In this document: piece after piece, positions 21,279 to 35,754 of the stretch | Position numbering within the stretch: the stretch's first letter is position 1 | How the letters are laid out: each line of letters starts with the position of its first letter | From: an uncultured Planctomycetaceae bacterium | GTDB taxonomy: Bacteria > Planctomycetota > Planctomycetia > Isosphaerales > Isosphaeraceae | Length of the DNA stretch: 64,000 nt | NCBI GenBank assembly: GCA_963833985.1 | Contig: CAWIAD010000001.1 | Location: 416,001-480,000, forward strand | Reading direction: 5' to 3' | Program-made: the position numbers and the translations under genes | The notes under the pieces: generated by a model | Told to the model about the DNA's origin: nothing | The model's database searches: none | Seen by the model: only the letters and a program-made list of their open reading frames with translations

Positions 21279-22181
21279 ATGGCGGGGCCGGTCGATCCTC
21301 AGCGTCTCTTGCGTGATTTCCCCAGGTGCAATGATTTCTTCGTCGGCATCGATAGCGACGGCTGCGCCTTTGACACGATGGAAGTGAAGCACAAGGAATG
21401 CTTCATCCCCAATATCATCCGGTCCTACCACCTGGCCGCTGTCTCCAAGTATGCCCGTGAGGCGGCCGAGTTCGTCAATCTCTACTCCAGGTGGCGGGGA
21501 ATCAACCGCTTCCCGGCCCTTGTCCTGACCTTCGACCTGCTGATGAAGCGGCCGGAAGTCCTCCGCCGGCACCACGCGATCCCCGCCCTCACCGGCGTGC
21601 GGCGCTGGATCGAGCGCGAGACCAAGCTCTCCAACCCGACGCTCAAGACTGAATCGACCGCCACCGGCGATGCCGACCTGGCCCTGGCGCTGGAATGGAG
21701 CGAGGCCGTGAACCAGACCATTGCCCAGGTGGTTCATGACGTGCCGCCGTTCCCGTTCGTCCGCGAATCGCTCGACAGCATGCAGGGCCGCGCCGATGTG
21801 ATGGTCGTCTCCGCGACCCCCGGAGAGGCGCTCGAGCGCGAATGGGCCGAGCACGGACTCAAGCCACTGGTCAGCCTGATCGCGGGACAGGAACTCGGCA
21901 GCAAGCGCGAGCACCTCGCGCTGGCGGCGGTCGGGCACTATGAGCCGCACCGCATTCTCATGGTCGGGGACGCACCCGGAGATCTCCAGGCCGCCGAGGC
22001 CAACGGGGTCCTCTTCTATCCCATCGACCCCGGCTTCGAGGATGATTCCTGGCAGCGCTTCTTCGAGGAGGGACTGCCGCGCTTCCTTGCCGAGAATTAC
22101 CAGGGCGACTACATGTCGGCCCAGATCGCGCGGTTCCAGCGGCTGCTCCCCGAAACCCCGCCCTGGCAGCAAGCAGGCTGA
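21279..22181 (+). CDS. HAD-superfamily hydrolase
   Basis: Motif I GIDSDGCAFDT, VVSAT, K, MVGDAPGD; AAGGA RBS. Confidence 0.88.
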   Translation: MAGPVDPQRLLRDFPRCNDFFVGIDSDGCAFDTMEVKHKECFIPNIIRSYHLAAVSKYAREAAEFVNLYSRWRGINRFPALVLTFDLLMKRPEVLRRHHAIPALTGVRRWIERETKLSNPTLKTESTATGDADLALALEWSEAVNQTIAQVVHDVPPFPFVRESLDSMQGRADVMVVSATPGEALEREWAEHGLKPLVSLIAGQELGSKREHLALAAVGHYEPHRILMVGDAPGDLQAAEANGVLFYPIDPGFEDDSWQRFFEEGLPRFLAENYQGDYMSAQIARFQRLLPETPPWQQAG

Positions 22182-22302
22182 GCACCCGGCTCAGCGGCGA
22201 CCGCCCAGGTAACGAAACCCGCCGGCATGTGCCGAATCTGAGCTACAGTTGATCAGACCTGGTGCGATCACGCGCCGCACATCGCCTTCCCGGGGACCTG
22301 GG

Positions 22303-23031
22303 ATGCCGCAAAAAGATCGCCGCAATGCGCACCGCTACGCCCCGGCGCGGGCGGGAATCCGCATTGGCTGGTGGGAAGGCAACACGTTCCGGTCGAGTGC
22401 GGCCCGCTTCCGTAACGTCAGCCTCTCCGGCGCCCTGCTGCAACTGGACCCGATGAGCCCCATTCCGGCCGGCGCACGGGCCTGGATCTGCGTGGCCGAC
22501 CAGTCCGCCCCGCACTGGGTTGAGTCGGAGTTCGTCGAGCACTTCTCCGAGCCAGTCGATGCTTCGATGGATGCATTGATTCTGGTTCGACTGCGTTTTG
22601 TCGAGCCCTTTCCCTACGAGTCCTTCAAGACGGCCGTCTGGGACGACATCCAGCAGCGAATCGCACCGACCTGCGGCGACCCTGTCGTTGAGTCCCTGGC
22701 GCCGCAGCCCGCTCCGTCCGGCTCCCTCCAGGACACCCGGCGCCTGAGCGATGCGGATCGTCTCCGCTTCTTCCTGCAAATCGACACGCAGCCGCGTGCG
22801 GGCGGCCAGGGTGGTTCTCCTGCACCGGACGGGGCGGCCGAGCCCGACCAGCCGCCCACGCTCGTAGAAGCCTACCGGAACCGCCTGGCCGCTCCTGAAA
22901 AGCTGGCGTCGTTGCCGTGGGTCTTCATCCTGGCTTCGTGTGCCACGCTTGCGTGCTTGCTGGGCCTGGTTGTCACCGGCAATATCATCAGCCTGCGCCG
23001 CCTTGCCATCGTTCTCGGCCTGGCACAGTGA
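22303..23031 (+). CDS. PilZ-domain membrane protein
   Basis: DRRNAHRY (RxxxR) and NVSLSGA (D/NxSxxG) c-di-GMP motifs; C-terminal TM helix. Confidence 0.8.
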   Translation: MPQKDRRNAHRYAPARAGIRIGWWEGNTFRSSAARFRNVSLSGALLQLDPMSPIPAGARAWICVADQSAPHWVESEFVEHFSEPVDASMDALILVRLRFVEPFPYESFKTAVWDDIQQRIAPTCGDPVVESLAPQPAPSGSLQDTRRLSDADRLRFFLQIDTQPRAGGQGGSPAPDGAAEPDQPPTLVEAYRNRLAAPEKLASLPWVFILASCATLACLLGLVVTGNIISLRRLAIVLGLAQ

Positions 23032-23058
23032 TGCATGTGTAGTGCCATGCAAGGTGGC

Positions 23059-24441
23059 TTACTGGAATCGCTCCGGGTCGGCGGCGAGGTAGTGAGCGCG
23101 GATCTCGTTCCGGGTGAAGTGGCTCTCGGAGCCCGGGTGGTTGCGCGCCGGCAGCATGGCGTTCAGGCACATTGCGCGGATCGGTCTTTCGAGCCGGAGA
23201 ATCCGCTCACGGCCGTCCGCGATCCAGGCCGCGGGCTCCAGCAGCGGTCTCATATCGGCGCTGATCCAGTCAAAATCGTGCGGCAGGGCGAGCCGGCCGT
23301 GGCGCAGGGCCAGGCCCGTGGCGAGCGTCTCACCGCCAAGCCACAGCAGAACCAGGGCGGAGACAAACGCGATCGAGGTGCTCCGGAATCGCCGCGACTG
23401 GACGGCATGGTCCAGGAGCGAGCCCATCAAGAGCGAGGCGACCAGGACCAGCGGGATCGCGCGTCGGACGCCCGTCGGGGTTGCAATGCTGTACAGGGCG
23501 GCGGAGCCCAGGGCAAGACACCAGAACGGCCACCAGGCGTTCGCCCTGCGTGTCGATGCGTATGCCGCCACGGCCAGCAACGGGATGAGCACAAACCCGC
23601 CGAGCGAAGGGCTCGTCGAGAAGAAGTAATAGCTGTGGGGCCTGTAGAACGACTCGTACATGAGCCGCAGGAACAGGATGGGCGAGCGCCCGAGCTCGAG
23701 CGTACCCCCTCCCCGGTAGGCATTCGCCGTGTTCACCCACCAGAGACCCGGCAACGACAGGACGGCGGCGAAGATGGCACCCGCCGAGATCGCCACGAGC
23801 AGCGATCGAGTGCTCCGCTCACGCCAGGCCCTCCAGCCCATCACGCCGAAGACCGGCGGCACGAACGCCGCACCGCCGCCGTAGACCAGCACCCCGAACG
23901 CCAGCAAGGCCGCGGCCAGGGGCCAGGTCCGGATCCGCGCGTTCCGGCCGATCACGAGGTAGAGCGCCAGCCCGCCGAAGAGCACTTCCAGCCCGGCCTC
24001 CATGCCCAGCCACGAGAACGACGAGAACCCCGGAAACACAAGGAGGCAAAAGCCGGAAAAGGCGCTGGCCGTACGGCTCAGGCCGAGCCGGCGCGCCAGG
24101 AGATAGGTGAGCGGTCCGGCCAGGGCCATGAGCACGGCCTTCATCTCGCGGCCGTACCAGAGGCCCGGATCCGGATGGACCGCATGCGCCAGCGCGAAGA
24201 GCAGGTGTCCGCCCAGGTTCGTGTCATAGCGGCAATGCTGGAGCCGGAGCGAGAGGAACACGACGTCCTTGAACGCGACCGAAGCCTCCTCGCCCGTGAG
24301 CCAGTTCTGGCGGTTGGCGCAATGCACGAGCGCCAGGTTGATGGCCAGGCCCGCGGCGCAGAGGGCCAGGCAGAGGCAGGCGTCGAGCCGCGGCAATTTT
24401 GCCGGCAGTTGCGGCGCGGTGTGCTCCATCACGTCCGCCAT
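23059..24441 (-). CDS. GT-C fold (ArnT/PMT-like) membrane glycosyltransferase
   Basis: Multi-TM; first loop WLTGEE; PLTYLLARRLG. Start uncertain (24441-24525). Confidence 0.7.
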   Translation of the reverse strand: MADVMEHTAPQLPAKLPRLDACLCLALCAAGLAINLALVHCANRQNWLTGEEASVAFKDVVFLSLRLQHCRYDTNLGGHLLFALAHAVHPDPGLWYGREMKAVLMALAGPLTYLLARRLGLSRTASAFSGFCLLVFPGFSSFSWLGMEAGLEVLFGGLALYLVIGRNARIRTWPLAAALLAFGVLVYGGGAAFVPPVFGVMGWRAWRERSTRSLLVAISAGAIFAAVLSLPGLWWVNTANAYRGGGTLELGRSPILFLRLMYESFYRPHSYYFFSTSPSLGGFVLIPLLAVAAYASTRRANAWWPFWCLALGSAALYSIATPTGVRRAIPLVLVASLLMGSLLDHAVQSRRFRSTSIAFVSALVLLWLGGETLATGLALRHGRLALPHDFDWISADMRPLLEPAAWIADGRERILRLERPIRAMCLNAMLPARNHPGSESHFTRNEIRAHYLAADPERFQ

Positions 24442-24678
24442 TGGTGGCATCTCCCGGAGAGCGGCGAGCCGGGCGAAGAACCTTGCCAGCGGCCAATCCG
24501 TGGACGCGAGGCCCGCACGCGGCACTCATCTTGGAGCGATCTTCGCGGCCTGTCAACGCGACTGGGGCCGCGTGATCCCCCGGTCCAGAAGATGACCCGC
24601 AACCAGACGCGTGGCGATGCTTTCCCCGCGCGCTTCCCGAGCATGCTCCGAAAGGTTCCAGGCGCGCGGCGCATCGGA

Positions 24679-25060
24679 TCAGACCGGTGCGTACCTGGTC
24701 AGCCCTGGCACCCGATCAAAGTCGGCATCGTGGCTGGCAAGGTTTGTCAGCCCGTTGGCCTTCATGACTGCCACGACGATTGCGTCGTTAGTCAAGAGCC
24801 CGTCGATTGACTGACCACCGCCGCCGATACCACAAGTGGTGGGGCAATCGTGAGGACCTGAACGCCCATCTGCGGAATCCCCTGCAACGCAGACAGGTAG
24901 TGATGAAGTTGTTGTACATGCCCGGGATTCTGCTTGAGCCGGGCCACGATCTTGCTGGGCCAGCCGAACCGGATTGCAGCTTCAAGAGTGATCAACCTGT
25001 GGGCGACCTTGCCGAGAACCAGCGTCGAGGTGTCTCCCGAGATGTCCCCCAGTTCCAGTC
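24679..25060 (-). pseudogene. VapC/PIN toxin lacking its N-terminus, with an additional frameshift near 24799
   Basis: LELGDISGDTSTLVLGKVAHRL... then, in the shifted frame, LLTNDAIVVAVMKANGLTNLASHDADFDRVPGLTRYAPV*; no start codon or first catalytic Asp motif. Confidence 0.8.
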
Positions 25061-25266
25061 GGGATGGGATCGTCAAGCTCGGGCGACATTGCAAAATCGT
25101 CGGCCGCTTCTGAAGAGCCTGTCCAGCCCATCATGCCTGCGGTCCGCTCGGCCAGGGTGGGGCCGATGTGCACGGTGACCTGGACCCTCTGGTGTTCCCT
25201 GAGCGGCAGGGGCTGAGAGAGTTTCAGCGCGCCGTTCTCGTAAATGGCTTCAACGGTCACGGGCAT
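24982..25266 (-). CDS. AF2212/DUF104-like antitoxin, 3' end probably damaged
   Basis: MPVTVEAIYENGALKLSQPLPLREHQRVQVTV; AGGAG RBS; reads out of frame into the toxin remnant. Confidence 0.85.
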   Translation of the reverse strand: MPVTVEAIYENGALKLSQPLPLREHQRVQVTVHIGPTLAERTAGMMGWTGSSEAADDFAMSPELDDPIPTGTGGHLGRHLDAGSRQGRPQVDHS

Positions 25267-25377
25267 GGCCAGCGCTCCTGGAGTTCAACGGTTTCCGGTT
25301 GTGTGTTCTCGTCAGCAGGGTCCGAACCCCAATACCGTTGAAATAGCGAAAAGGTGAGTGCAGGCATAAGTTTGTCC

Positions 25378-25497
25378 CTCGTTCCCACGCTCCGCGTGGG
25401 AATGCCGTCTGCGACGCTCCGCGTCGATTGGGGCCGTGCCGAGGCTGGGAAATCCATGGGACGCCGAGCGTCCCGACCGGTGTTCCCACGCAGAGCG
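25378..25497. repeat. REP-like doublet inside the MITE; right arm split by the IS
   Basis: CTCGTTCCCACGCTCCGCGTGGGAATG and an inverted arm TGTTCCCACGCAGAGCG that resumes as TGGGAACAAG at 27088-97. Confidence 0.85.
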
Positions 25498-27078
25498 CTT
25501 GTCATTCCCGGAAAACTGCATGCATGCGTATTCAATTAGTGGTGTACATGTGCATTGATTCTCGCGCGCTCAAGCTTTGCTCCCCTTACGAGGAGCCGGA
25601 GCACCTTCATGCCGCGCCAGAGCGTGATCCAGCCGGGCATCCCGTCTCGTCGCCGGTTCATATGCCCACCGAGCCGCCCCAGGGCAAGCAACACGTCTGC
25701 CACGGTCTTGAGTCCACGCTCGACCGCCAGACCGAGCACCTCCAGCTCGGGCTCCTCCAGGCCAGTGCTTGCCGCGGGAGCTCCCGGGAAGCCCTTGCCG
25801 AGCTCGCGCAGATCCAGCAGCCGAAGCGCCACCACGCTCATCACGGCGATCGCAGCGAACAATCGGTTGCCCCGCTCCAGCTGCAAATCCTCAGCCTTCA
25901 TGCCCGTCTTGAGGCCCTTGTGAAACTCCTCGATCAGAAAGCGTGTGCCGTAGTCCATCACCACCATGATCGCAGCGCTGAAGCTCTCCGTCGGGCTGTC
26001 CGTGTAGAGCACCCATTCCAGCGGCGCGACGCCTTCAGGCGGGTCTTGCTCCCAGACCCGCACGAACCAGCCGTCGATCGGCTCGCCCGTGCCGGCCGCG
26101 CGGCCCGCACGCTCGGGTGCCCGCACGCGCACCGGACCACAACTGATCAGGAGCTTCGCGCGCGCGCGGCCTTACCATCGCGGCCACGCAGGTCCAGATA
26201 CATTCCCCCCACGGACGCCACGCCCACGATGTGCTCGAAGACCAGCCCGAGCCGCTTACCATCGGCCGGATTGAGCAGAATGCGATTTTGACTGACCCGG
26301 ATCACGAAACCGTGGCCTGCTGCGCGACAGGACTCCATGTACTCATGAATATCTGCTTCTCGATCGGCGACGCGCACCCAGCGGACCTCCGGGTTCTCTG
26401 GTGCCGGGCCAATCCGCTTGCCCGACTCGAGCCAGCGATCCGACTCCCGATCCCGGATCTGCCGTTGCCGCGATCCGGCCTGTTTCGGCGTGTCGGGATC
26501 CCGCGGGATGCGGATGAGGTATTGCTGGTCGGCGAGCCCCAGGATCGTGACCGGGGGCCGACGACCGCTCGCATCAGGTACGGGCGACGAGTCGGCACGC
26601 ATCGCAAGGATGGAGTGGAGGAGAAAGCCCTGCTGTCCCGGCTCCGAGTCACCAATCGGCCCAAGCCCGGGTATTGGCTGCTTGCGATGAGAGAACGAGG
26701 GAAACGTGGTGTCTTCGATGAGGAGATATCGCCCCGGTTTGCGGAGTTCGGCCATCACCAGTCGGCGGTGAGTCGCCTGGATCGCATCGGGGACCACCTC
26801 GCGTTCGTCGAGGAGGTCATAGGTCGCGTTGATGTCGTACTTGCGGGTGAACAACTCGGGGATCATCTTCCCGGGTTGCTCAGCGAGGGCCTCCGCAAAC
26901 GCCATGAGGCGATTCCTCCTGGTGCAATGGCCGAGCCTGATCCCGTCGAACTGCATCCGAGCCCATTGGGCGGGCGGGGACTGGTGGACTGACATCCCTG
27001 TGAACATAGTTGGCTCCATCCATGACCATGCTGGTAGAATCCAGCCAACCATGTTAACAAATTCTCGGGAATGACAAG
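25498..27078 (-). mobile_element. IS4-family insertion sequence, IS50/Tn5-like, 1581 bp
   Basis: TIR CTTGTCATTCCCG at both ends; 9-bp target duplication CGCAGAGCG (25489-97 / 27079-87). Confidence 0.93.
25536..27007 (-). CDS. IS4/Tn5-like DDE transposase (frameshift in a GC dinucleotide run near 26160)
   Basis: WARMQF...LG..RRNRL, IEDTT, GFLLHS, VADREADI, FVIR, PLEWVLYT, YGTRFLIEEFHKGLKTG, LGRLGGH, PGWITLWRG. Confidence 0.93.
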
Positions 27079-27403
27079 CGCAGAGCGTGGGAACAAGTCT
27101 CTTGCAAGCCTCTTCCCCCCTTTTTGGTAACGCTATTTCAACGGTATTGGTCCGAACCCGGAAGGTAAAACCGGGGACCCTTTTGCAAAAGCAGATCAGG
27201 AATTCTCCGCATTCGCTTCGCGTCTGGCGGGGCTGTCATTCATAGCGATGGCATTCTCATTATATCGGGAATCACAAGGACCGGATGCAAGATGGAAATG
27301 GAAGCGGTTCCCCTTGTCGACGTAAAACGGGCTCATCCCTCGCGGCTCGTGCCGCGTCAGGCTGAAGCCAACAGGATTCTCGCATCCGCTCGGTTCATGG
27401 GAC

Positions 27404-31375
<3,972 letters not shown>

Positions 31376-31540
31376 GATGCGACCTCCAAACAACGGAAAG
31401 GCGTTTCTTCCGGTTTCTGCTCGGGCCACAACAGAGAATAAGGAGCCGGTGGCGAAACGTTACAGCAGCCTGAAAAAAATCCACGACCCGACAGATGGCC
31501 GGGAAACCTTCCGATCGGGCCGGACGGGGCTGTCGTCGCT

Positions 31541-31941
31541 CTCGAAGGCAGGAAGACCATGGAACCACAGAGATCACAGAGAGCACGGAGAGATGACCAT
31601 GGACGAGAGGAGGAATGATCGACGACGAAAGTTCAACACTCTAAAAGTCTGGAGAAGACCATGGAACCACAGAGATCGCAGAGAGCATGGAGAGAAGACC
31701 ATGGTCGAGAGGAGAAATGATCGACGGCGAAAACTCAACACTCTTGAAGGCAGGAGAAAACCATGGAACCACAGAGATCGCAGAGAGCACGGAGAGAAGA
31801 CCATGGTCGAGAGGAGAAATGATCGACGGCGAAAACTCAACACTCTTGAAGGCAGGAAGACCATGGAACCACAGAGATCGCAGAGAGCACGGAGAGAGGA
31901 CCATGGACGAGAGAAGAGATGATCGACGGCGTAAATTCAAC
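31541..31941 (+). repeat. tandem array of four ~101-bp purine-rich units
   Basis: CCATGGAACCACAGAGA starts at 31557, 31659, 31761 and 31861. Confidence 0.93.
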
Positions 31942-32042
31942 GGGATCATGGATTGGCCGAGGACCCGGGAGTTCGGGCAAGGCCAGGTCGGAATGAACGC
32001 TGGTCTCGATCCGATGCCCAGCGGCGTTCTCTCAGCCTTTGC

Positions 32043-32224
32043 GGTGGGTTGCGCTGCGCTGAGCGACCCGACGAGTTCGCACTCTGTGGTCAGTTGTGTG
32101 CTTGACCGTTCGCGCCCGCGCCCTCTCTCCACGCAAACTCCGGTAGGGTGGGTCAGCGCAGCGCAACCCACCAGTTCGCAAACCTTTACGGTGGGTTACG
32201 CTGCGCTGCGCTGACCCACCCTAC
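32043..32224. repeat. GTAG-type REP cluster (one doublet plus a degenerate arm)
   Basis: GTAGGGTGGGTCAGCGCAGCGCAACCCACC (32143-72), inverted arm ending CCCACCCTAC (32190-224), third arm at 32043-72. Confidence 0.88.
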
Positions 32225-32268
32225 GAATTCGCACGGTTTCTTGGCGCTGTGTCGTGTCATTGAATAAA

Positions 32269-32792
32269 TCAGTGCCCCAGGACCTCGAACAGCGCTCGGA
32301 GCTCGTCCTCGACGGCTTCCTGGCTGGGGTCGCGGAGCGTGGCGGCCACTTCGGTCCGGAGCGCGGTGGCAAACCGCTTGCGCATCCGGTGCAACGTGAC
32401 GCGGAGGTTGCTCTCGGTCATGCGCAGCTCCGCGGCGATGGCGGCGCGGGCGGGTGCATCGGGGTCAGCGGGCAAGAGCGGGCGGAGGCGGCGCAGGAAG
32501 TGCTGGCAGTCGGCGAGCAGGAACGACCGGAAGCGGCCCCGCGCCGGGTCGGATCAGCCGCGGCGACCGTGCCCCGTTCCAGCAACCGGGCGAAGTACTC
32601 CTGCGTCAGGTCCAGCGCCTGCTCGGGGCCGTTGCCGTTGCGGTGTACGTAGGCGTAGAGCGGCAACCAGTAGGCCGCACAGAGCTCGGCCAGGGCCGCG
32701 CCGGCATCCGCATCCACCGCGCCGCCGGCCGCGATCACGCGGCTCCAGTGCGTCGTCCGAAAGTGGGCCGACCGGCCGGGCTCGTTGCTCAT
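32269..32792 (-). pseudogene. kinase-associated ECF sigma factor, frameshifted and apparently internally deleted
   Basis: FRTTHWSRV, LCAAYWLPLYAYV, DLTQEYFARLL; a 5-bp insertion near 32552, then DPARGRFRSFLLADCQHFL joined directly to RRLRPLL...IAAELRMTESNLRVTLHRMRKRF...EDELRALF. Confidence 0.8.
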
Positions 32793-33067
32793 GGATCACT
32801 CAAGCCGACTGAACAACCGACGACCTGAGACATGATTTATGAACGGCAGCCGCATTCGAGCGCCCGGGCGAGACGCGTTCAAGCTGTTGGCACAGGAAGG
32901 GCAGGGGCGGTCGCTCGGGGGTTGCCATCCCCGCCGCCCCCTGCTGGAATCGAGTCAAAGCCCGGGCGGACCGAGTGTGAAGCCAGGCGGCTCGGGCGCC
33001 GGCTCGCTTGCAGGCAGCGTGCGCAAACCGGGCCGCCGTCCTCGACCGTGAAAGGATCGTTCGAACC

Positions 33068-34362
33068 ATGGCCGCTCGCAACGTCGTCGTCGCCCAGTCG
33101 GGTGGACCCACCTGCGTGATCAATAACTCGCTGCGCGGGATCGTCGAGACCTGCCGCCGGCATCCGGACACCTTTGGCACCGTCTACGCCGGGCGGTTCG
33201 GCATCGAGGGCGTGCTCAAGGAAGAGCTGCTCGACCTCTCGGCCACGCCCGCCGAGGAGATCGCGCTGTTGCGGACCTCGCCGGCGGCCGGCAGCATCGG
33301 TACCTGCCGGTACAAGCTCAAGAAGGGACAGGACCTGGACTTCGAGCGGGTGATCGACGTCCTGAAAGCCCACGACGTCGGCTATTTCTTCTACATCGGC
33401 GGCAATGATTCGCAGGACACGGCGCACAAGGTCAGCCTGCTGGCGCACGAGCGCGGACTGAGCCTGGTGGCCACCGGAGTGCCCAAGACGATTGACAATG
33501 ACCTGGGCGATACCGAATTCCGCCTCCTCGATCACTCGCCCGGCTACGGCTCCGTCGCTCGCTATTACGCCCATTACATCCGCCAGGCCAACGAGGAAAA
33601 CGCAGGCTCCGCGCCCGCGGACCCGGTGCTGGTCATCCAGGCCATGGGACGGAAGATCGGGTTCATCCCCGCGGCCGCACGCCTGGCGGACCCCGAGCGC
33701 GCCATGCCGCTCCAGATCTACCTCGCCGAGTCAAAGCTGACGCTCGCTCAGCTTGGCGAGAACGTGATCCGTCAGCTCGAATCGCACGGCCGGTGCATCG
33801 TTGTCGTGAGCGAGGGCTTTGACGTCGGCGACCTGGGGACGATCCGCGACAACTTCGGCCACGTCATGTTCGGGTCGAGCCAGCAGACGGTCGCGCAGAT
33901 GGTCGTCAACTATCTGAACACGCTGCGGTTCCCCGTGCCCGGCAAGGCGCGCGGCCAGGTTCCCGGCACGGACCAGCGCAACGCCATCGCCTATGCCAGC
34001 ACCATCGACCTGGACGAGGCGTACGGCGTCGGCTGTCATGCGGCCGACCTCGGCGCCAGCACGGGAACGGCTGGATGGCCACCATCCTTCGCGACCGCAC
34101 CCGATCCAGCTACAGCGTGCATTACGACAAGGTGCCGCTGGAACAGGTGGCCAACTCGGAGCGGACGTTCCCGGAGCGCTGGATCAGCCCCAGCCGGATC
34201 GACGTCAGCGACGAGTTCCTGGACTATGCCCGGCCGCTCATCGGCGAAAACTGGGTGAGCGTTCCCATGGACCGGGGCCTCCCCCGGTTCGCCCGCATCA
34301 CACACCGGTATGCATCCAGGAAGCTGCCGGACTACGTCCCACAGACGTATCAGGAGGCCTGA
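33068..34362 (+). CDS. pfp: 6-phosphofructokinase, probably PPi-dependent (frameshift near 34052)
   Basis: AQSGGPTCVIN, GTCR, GGNDS, PKTIDND, MGRKIG, VSEG; C-terminus VPLEQVANSER...FLDYARPLIG in a second frame. Confidence 0.9.
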
Positions 34363-34395
34363 TGCAACAGGCAATGGAAGCCGTTGCGGCCGCTC

Positions 34396-35754
34396 TTACC
34401 CCGAACTCCCCGCCGGCTGGTTGGGTCCCGTCCCGGCTGCTTCCAGCCACCAGAGCCCGAAGAGTGCGGCCAGCAGCACCCAGGTGCCGTACGGCAGGAC
34501 GACGACCTGCACGGCTCTCCCCGCAAGGCCGCTGTGCTGCGACCAGTCCGCCAGGCGGATCAGCACACCGCCGCGCGGGAAGTTCATGACCAGGATGATC
34601 CCGGTCGCGATCCAGCGGTAAGCCGCCGCCCGCCTCCCCGTTTCCTGCCCGGCTTTTCGAACACAGTGGAAGAGGGGCAGCGCCAGGACGACCGTGTCGT
34701 ACATGCGGTGATAAAGAAAGAGGCATGAGTAAACGCAGAGCAGCACTGCCAGCCGGAACTCGTCGTCGTCGGTCCGCGCCCGCACGCGCAGCCGCAGCAA
34801 GCCGAAGCCGATGACGCCGAGGATGGCCAGTTGCCAGGCCGAGATCGCGCCTCGATCACGCAGCCCCAGGCAGAAGAGCCAGTGCTCCAGACCGAGGATG
34901 TCGTCGTGGAAAGGTCCGGAGAACGTGTAATCGTTGATCTCCCCGGTCTGGCGGGCCTGCTGGATGTTCGCCACCTGCCGGGCCACCATCGCTCGCGAGC
35001 TGGCGGGCGAATAGAGGCAGCAGCAAAGCCCGGCCAGGACGGCCGCGAAGGCAAGCCACGCCTTCCAGTACCGGCGGTTGAGCAGGAGCAGCAGAAAGGG
35101 AAAGCCGGTCGTGATCTTGATGGTGGCAAGCCCGAGCGCCGTACCTGCCGGCACTGTCCGGCGAAGCAGCAGTGCGGCGATCCCGGCGTAGATCCAGAAC
35201 GTGGCCCAGAGCACGAGCTGACCGGCGTCCAGCCCCCACGTTGTGGCTCCGGCGAGCACCAGGGCCAGCACCGCCGCCGAATCCGCGGGCCCGGACGCTG
35301 GCGCTTCGCCCGGTGCGCTGCGAGCGACGATCCAGCGAGAGAGGCGGACGATCCCGAACAGGAAAAGAAGGTTCAGGCCGTACCAGAGAGCCGCGGAAGC
35401 ACGCAATGGAAGCAGCGCGAAGAGCGCAAAGAGCGGCAGATTGGTGATGGGATACTGGTTCAGCATGCTGGCGTAGGGATCGGTTCCCCCGACGACCGCC
35501 GCGCCGACCTGGTGGTAGACCTCGAAGTCCCAGGAATCCTGCGTCGCGAGGAAGCACAGGCCCCGGACCAGGACGTAAAGTCCGGCGGCCGGGCCAAGCC
35601 ATCGCCGGACCCTGAAGGAATAGCCATGCTTCCAGAGCAGCACGACAGCCAGTGCGCCGGAGCTGATGCCAACGACCTTGTTGTTGGTAAGCAGCCAGAA
35701 GACGGCGCCGGCCAGGTCGGCCGGGCGCATGCCGGCGAAGACCAGGGGCGGCAT
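34396..35754 (-). CDS. glycosyltransferase family 87 (DUF2029) membrane protein
   Basis: DFEVY, DPY, YPITNLPLF, GQ, LATIKIT, YHRMYD; multi-TM. Confidence 0.85.
   Translation of the reverse strand: MPPLVFAGMRPADLAGAVFWLLTNNKVVGISSGALAVVLLWKHGYSFRVRRWLGPAAGLYVLVRGLCFLATQDSWDFEVYHQVGAAVVGGTDPYASMLNQYPITNLPLFALFALLPLRASAALWYGLNLLFLFGIVRLSRWIVARSAPGEAPASGPADSAAVLALVLAGATTWGLDAGQLVLWATFWIYAGIAALLLRRTVPAGTALGLATIKITTGFPFLLLLLNRRYWKAWLAFAAVLAGLCCCLYSPASSRAMVARQVANIQQARQTGEINDYTFSGPFHDDILGLEHWLFCLGLRDRGAISAWQLAILGVIGFGLLRLRVRARTDDDEFRLAVLLCVYSCLFLYHRMYDTVVLALPLFHCVRKAGQETGRRAAAYRWIATGIILVMNFPRGGVLIRLADWSQHSGLAGRAVQVVVLPYGTWVLLAALFGLWWLEAAGTGPNQPAGSSG

Larger units (their letters stand above)
25330..27149. 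mobile_element. non-autonomous MITE (~230 bp net) with IS4-like ends, interrupted by a second IS
   Basis: Perfect 19-bp TIR CAATACCGTTGAAATAGCG (25330-48 / 27131-49) flanked by the 10-bp direct repeat GTCCGAACCC (25320-29 / 27150-59). Confidence 0.88.

Noticed and set aside
26140..26175. Programmed frameshift in the transposase
   Set aside because: IS4-family transposases are single ORFs, and the break is in a GC dinucleotide run with no slippery heptamer.
31541..31941. Possible CRISPR array
   Set aside because: Units are similar along their whole length with no unique spacers, and no cas genes are present.
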